Source: Nemertoderma westbladi (lineage: Eukaryota; Animalia; Xenacoelomorpha). From it: a stretch of DNA of 64,000 nucleotides. Numbering within the stretch: position 1 is the stretch's first letter; each line of letters begins with the position of its first letter. The DNA lies in assembly GCA_032718475.1 (NCBI GenBank), contig JAUCBJ010004188.1, forward strand, positions 54,309 to 118,308. The letters run 5' to 3'. The notes beneath the pieces were generated by a model. It did no database searches. It had not been told where the DNA came from and saw only the letters and a program-made list of their open reading frames with translations. A program made the translations under genes and the position numbers. Positions 59,299-64,000 of this stretch are shown piece by piece.

Positions 59299-61140
59299 TT
59301 GACTGCACTCTCTTGTCTGAAACCTAACACTTGTAAACACCCTAACACTCGGGTCCCCAATGCGACAAAGTGAGCTGACTGCCTTGGCAGATAAGCTTTC
59401 TCTTAGCGCAGTGGGTGTTCAAGAGCACCGAATGCATTCTGGACAGACTGATGAGGTTCTTATTAAGGACATGGGGGGCGGTTGGCGACTCGCCCTCGCT
59501 TCAGCAGATGATAGTGGCAATGGCGGAATTGGTCTATTGATGACCCAACTGCACATGCAGCATTGGACAAAATAGACCAAATCTCTAACCGCATCATCCG
59601 TTGTCACTTCTCATGTTCTGGAAGACTGGCTAAGAAGTTTCCAAGGTGGTTCTGATTGTGTGCTACTCTCCAACTAGTGTTGCCCCTATAGAGGAGGTGG
59701 AAAATTTCTACCATAATCAACAAGCAGCTACTGATGGAGTGGATCAGCATGCATTCTTAACATTCCTGGGAGACTTTAATGCAAGTCTGCATCGATCACC
59801 TACATCGCCCTGGGTCTATAGCGATAGTGTTAACCGAAATTCCGTCCATCTTCAGGATTTTATCTCTGGAAATAGATTGTTTTCGGCTGGAACTCAGTTC
59901 AAGAAGCGAACTGGAAAGCTATGGACTCATAGTGGACCCCAGTGGTCACAAGTCCCAGATAGACCATATCCTGTTTCGTAGGAAATACAGGAACTCTATA
60001 CAAGACTGTAATGCATTTACACCTAATTTCCCTTCTCCAGTGATCACCGCCTTATTGTGGCCAAGGTAAGACTTAGTCTGCGTGCTAGCATGGTTCGACA
60101 ACATTTGTGTCTACTGTTGACGGTGACACAGAACCATTTGAAGTGTTATGGGGCGTCCTCCAGGGAGACACACTTGCACCATTCTTGTTCATAATTGTTG
60201 TTGACTATGTTCTACGCATGTCCTTAGATCATCATAATGATGATGGGGTGATGATAACTCCACCTACTGGATCCAGAAGTCGAGGAAATCCTGCCAAGTA
60301 CCTAACTGATCTAGACTTTGCTGATGACTTAGGAGTACTCTCAGAATCACTAGAGGGAGCCCAACGGCTCCTCAGATCATTAGAACATGCTGCTTCTAGT
60401 GTTGGTCTTTTTATTAACTCCAGAAAGACCACAATTTTGACAGTTAACTTTGAAAGTCCTCAGCAAGTCTCAGATCGGATGAGCATAAGCTCAAAAGATG
60501 GTATGCTTGACAATGTGGATGACTTCTGTTACCTGGGATCATGGATCCGGAAGTCAGGTGAGGACCTTCGAATACGTAAGGGAAAGGCATGGGCAGCCTT
60601 GAATAGGCTTTCCAGGATTTGGAAGTCGCCGAGAATTAATCGGAAACTTAAGGTCCGATTATTTAGAGCAGCAGTAGTTCCAGTACTCCTCTATGGGAGT
60701 CCATGCTGGGCTCCAACTGCTGAGGACACCAAATCTCTGGATGGCACATTCACAAGAATGCTACGCCGGGTTCATTGTGTCAAGTACAATGCACACATCT
60801 CCAACCAGACACTATATAACATTGGAGGTGTCTCATTGGTTCCCCAAGCTTGAAACTAGAACAAAATCGCCTCCGCTTTGCAGGACATTGCTTTCGCCGT
60901 GAGGACCAGCCAGTGCATAATCTTGTACTTTGGCAGCCTCATGGAGTGAATAAGCATGGTGGACAGCCCATGACTTTCTTGATACGCATCTTAAAGGACA
61001 CTGGCCTTGAAGATGCAGATGATCTAGCAAATGTCATGAGTGATTGGGAGTTGTGGCGGCGCAATTTTGTCGACAAGCCGGCACAGCATTCTTAAAAATG
61101 CAGCTGCAATGTAGCATGCCGATCCTAGTAGTAGTAGTAG
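59299..61140 (+). mobile_element. RTE-clade LINE, 5'-truncated, frameshifted, internally deleted
   Basis: APE motifs VGVQEH, LGDFNA, SQIDHILF; RT motifs GVLQGDTLAPFLF, DLDFADDL, FCYLGS; TAG-repeat tail. A TSD-like TCTGCTGTCGG lies at 59288-59298 and 61141-61151. Confidence 0.9.
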
Positions 61141-62673
61141 TCTGCTGTCGGCGTAGGTGCTAAAAAGCAAAAAACGGAGTTGTGTTTCATAAAGAAATTC
61201 AGAGCAGAGGTTTTGTTTGTCCGCATTTAGCCACGATTATTTTCGGAATTTTTCAGACGTTTTTAATGGTTTGGATCTAGAATCGTTTAAATATTAACAT
61301 TAATAATTAAATAATGATTCTTCTTAACATTAGACTATTCTATTAACGTTTTTCCCCCACTTTTTCCGTTTGAAACGACGTCGGAACAAACTTCTCAAAA
61401 AACGTGCAGAAAATGGCAAAGCGAAAATGGTACTTAAGCCAGCGGGTTTCAATGAAGGAGGTCACACTTTAAAGGAGAAAAAACTAAGTTTGATCTCAAA
61501 TTTTTCGAACGCATTCCAGGTTCCTTATTTATTACAAACATCGAGTTATAACAACAACAATCCAAATAATTATTGTCAAATTAAAATTATTAAAATTAAT
61601 AATTATTTCAATATTTATAATTATTTAATATAAAACGGTTAGACTGACAATATTATTGAAATATTTCCACAGAATTGTACAAATAAACGATGTAGTAAAT
61701 CCAGTATTAGTGGCTACCCTAACTGTATGTGTACAATAGGTTTACCAAATACAATACAAAATAAAATGTAACTAATTTAAAATCATGTTTATTATCATTT
61801 AGTTTTGATATTTTAGACCTACCGTACTATTTAACTGACCTGCTTCCTAAGATTAACTGCAAAAATATTAGATTTAATCCTAAATAATTAATTGATTTAA
61901 CAAAATATCGAGCTGCCAAATTTGTTGATAAAAAAAACGATAAATAATGCTTTACAACATCAAACCACACCAGAACAACACATCGCAAAGCCTACAGTAA
62001 CACCAGAACAAAAAAAACACCAAAAACAAGAAAAAAATAATGAATAAGGCTAAAAAAACAACTTACTAAAACTTAAAAACCTACAGTAAGACAATTAATG
62101 AATTTTAGACTGGCTAAGTTTATAAATATTAATTCAGTAAGTAATAACGGAATATTACAATGTTATTTTTAAATTATTTACATATATACTTGTGCAAATA
62201 CTGTAAAGCTTCACTTTAGGTCTACAGAGTGCTGAAGGTTTAATAAACGAACAAATTTAGTGATAACAAATTATGCTTTTAGGCATAATAATTCTGCAAA
62301 GTACCTTACTTGACTTCCCGAATCAACTACCGGTATATGTGTAGTTTTATTCTAAAATTAGAAGACTTTAAAACGTTAGAGAAAGCTAATCAAAACTGCT
62401 TTTGCCATTCTATATCTATCTATAAAAAAAAGTGTAATTAATGTTTGGTGGAATTTCTCAAATTAGCAATGGATAACGTAGGCCTAGACCACACTAAGTT
62501 TGCATCTAATATAAAAAAATAATAAATCGTTATGTAGTCGTAAAGTATGTGGTAGCGATACCCGCATAGGACCTAATGAAATATAATCTATTGTTGGTGA
62601 TTGTGAGGTAACCAAGACAACGGTATAAAACAATTTCATTGTAAAGTCAATTAGTTTAGATCAATGGTCTGTT

Positions 62674-62780
62674 TAGTGTTCAAACGGGATCCCGATCCCG
62701 AAAAATCGAAAAAATAGGGATCACTAAAAATGCAATCCATGTCCCGATCCAGGCTTTTTTGGATCGGAATTCCGAAGTAT
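62674..62780 (+). mobile_element. Probable DNA-transposon left end with GGGATCCCG subterminal motifs
   Basis: TAGTGTTCAAACGGGATCCCGATCCCG..GGGATC..CCCGATCC; the same motif is in the downstream satellite. Confidence 0.45.
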
Positions 62781-63027
62781 AAATAGTGAAAAAAATTTCT
62801 TGAATATCAGATAATTGCAGATAATTGCACCAGAACAAAAATTTAGTAGTCAGTAAACAAGCCAGCAGTAATCAATTAATTGTAACAAAATTTAATATAA
62901 CTTTGTCTTACTAATATTTCTGAAGAGTAAAATCAAGAGATATGTTGTTGCACAAACCCGTTTCAGACGGACTCTGCCACATATACAGAGGGAATTTCAT
63001 CCAAAATTGAAATCCTTAACAAAAAAA

Positions 63028-64000
63028 TCGGGATCCCGTTCCCAATATAACGGAAGTCGGATCCCGTTCCCAATATAACGGAAAGTCGTCCCGTTCCCAA
63101 TATAACGGAAGTCGTCCCGTTCCCAATATAACGGAAAGTCGGATCCCGTTCCCAATATAACGGAAGTCGATCCGTTCCCAATATAACGGAAAGTCGGATT
63201 CCCGTTCCCAATATAACGGAAAGTCGGATCCCGTTCCCAATATAACGGAAAGTCGGATCCCGTTCCCAATATAACGGAAAGTCGGATCCCGTTCCCAATA
63301 TAACGGAAAGTCGGATCCCGTTCCCAATATAACGGAAAGTCGGATCCCGTTCCCAATATAACGGAAAGTCGGATCCCGTTCCCAATATAACGGAAAGTCG
63401 GATCCCGTTCCCAATATAACGGAAAGTCGGATCCCGTTCCCAATATAACGGAAAGTCGGATCCCGTTCCCAATATAACGGAAAGTCGGATCCCGTTCCCA
63501 ATATAACGGAAAGTCGGATCCCGTTCCCAATATAACGGAAAGTCGGATCCCGTTCCCAATATAACGGAAAGTCGGATCCCGTTCCCAATATAACGGAAAG
63601 TCGGATCCCGTTCCCATATATAACGGAAAGTCGGATCCCGTTCCCAATATAACGGAAAGTCGGATCCCGTTCCCAATATAACGGAAAGTCGGATCCCGTT
63701 CCCAATATAACGGAAAGTCGGATCCCGTTCCCAATATAACGGAAAGTCGGATCCCGTTCCCAATATAACGGAAAGTCGGATCCCGTTCCCAATATAACGG
63801 AAAGTCGGATCCCGTTCCCAATATAACGGAAAGTCGGATCCCGTTCCCAATATAACGGAAAGTCGGATCCCGTTCCCAATATAACGGAAAGTCGGATCCC
63901 GTTCCCAATATAACGGAAAGTCGGATCCCGTTCCCAATATAACGGAAAGTCGGATCCCGTTCCCAATATAACGGAAAGTCGGATCCCGTTCCCAATATAA
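63028..64000. repeat. Highly homogeneous 29-bp satellite AACGGAAAGTCGGATCCCGTTCCCAATAT (~33 copies, runs off the window)
   Basis: Direct reading; variant units are mostly at the left edge. Confidence 0.97.

Noticed and set aside
62963-63995. Three ~320-aa ORFs in all minus frames
   Set aside because: A 29-bp unit with no minus-strand stop gives the same cyclic peptide in every frame.

Overview
Repeat-rich, AT-rich eukaryotic (invertebrate-like metazoan) genomic DNA; no prokaryotic features or CRISPR. Two credible host genes: an intronless cytochrome c CDS (28260-28613, -) and a 985-aa multi-zinc-finger CDS (47234-50191, +). Most other long ORFs in the track are read-outs of tandem arrays (22/26, 24/31, 29, 36/26 and 29 bp units). 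The centrepiece is a young 12.07-kb Bel/Pao LTR element (29729-41794, -; near-identical 1184-bp LTRs, ATTGT TSD). It keeps one open 1386-aa Gag-protease ORF from which RT and integrase are removed in frame. It has no tRNA-type PBS; the 11 nt at that position are complementary to an 11-mer inside its own LTR, resembling Tf1-type self-priming. It also carries a hidden 500-codon accessory reading frame with zinc-knuckle motifs, broken by three in-frame stops. Also present: a nest of LINE > Mutator-like TIR element > truncated Ty3/Gypsy (51850-57900), a non-autonomous Helitron with a 146-bp array of CTCF-like motifs, two foldback MITEs with 9-bp TSDs inside satellites, RTE LINE derivatives, tRNA-derived SINEs and many putative Tc1/mariner excision footprints. 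All alignments and counts were done by eye.
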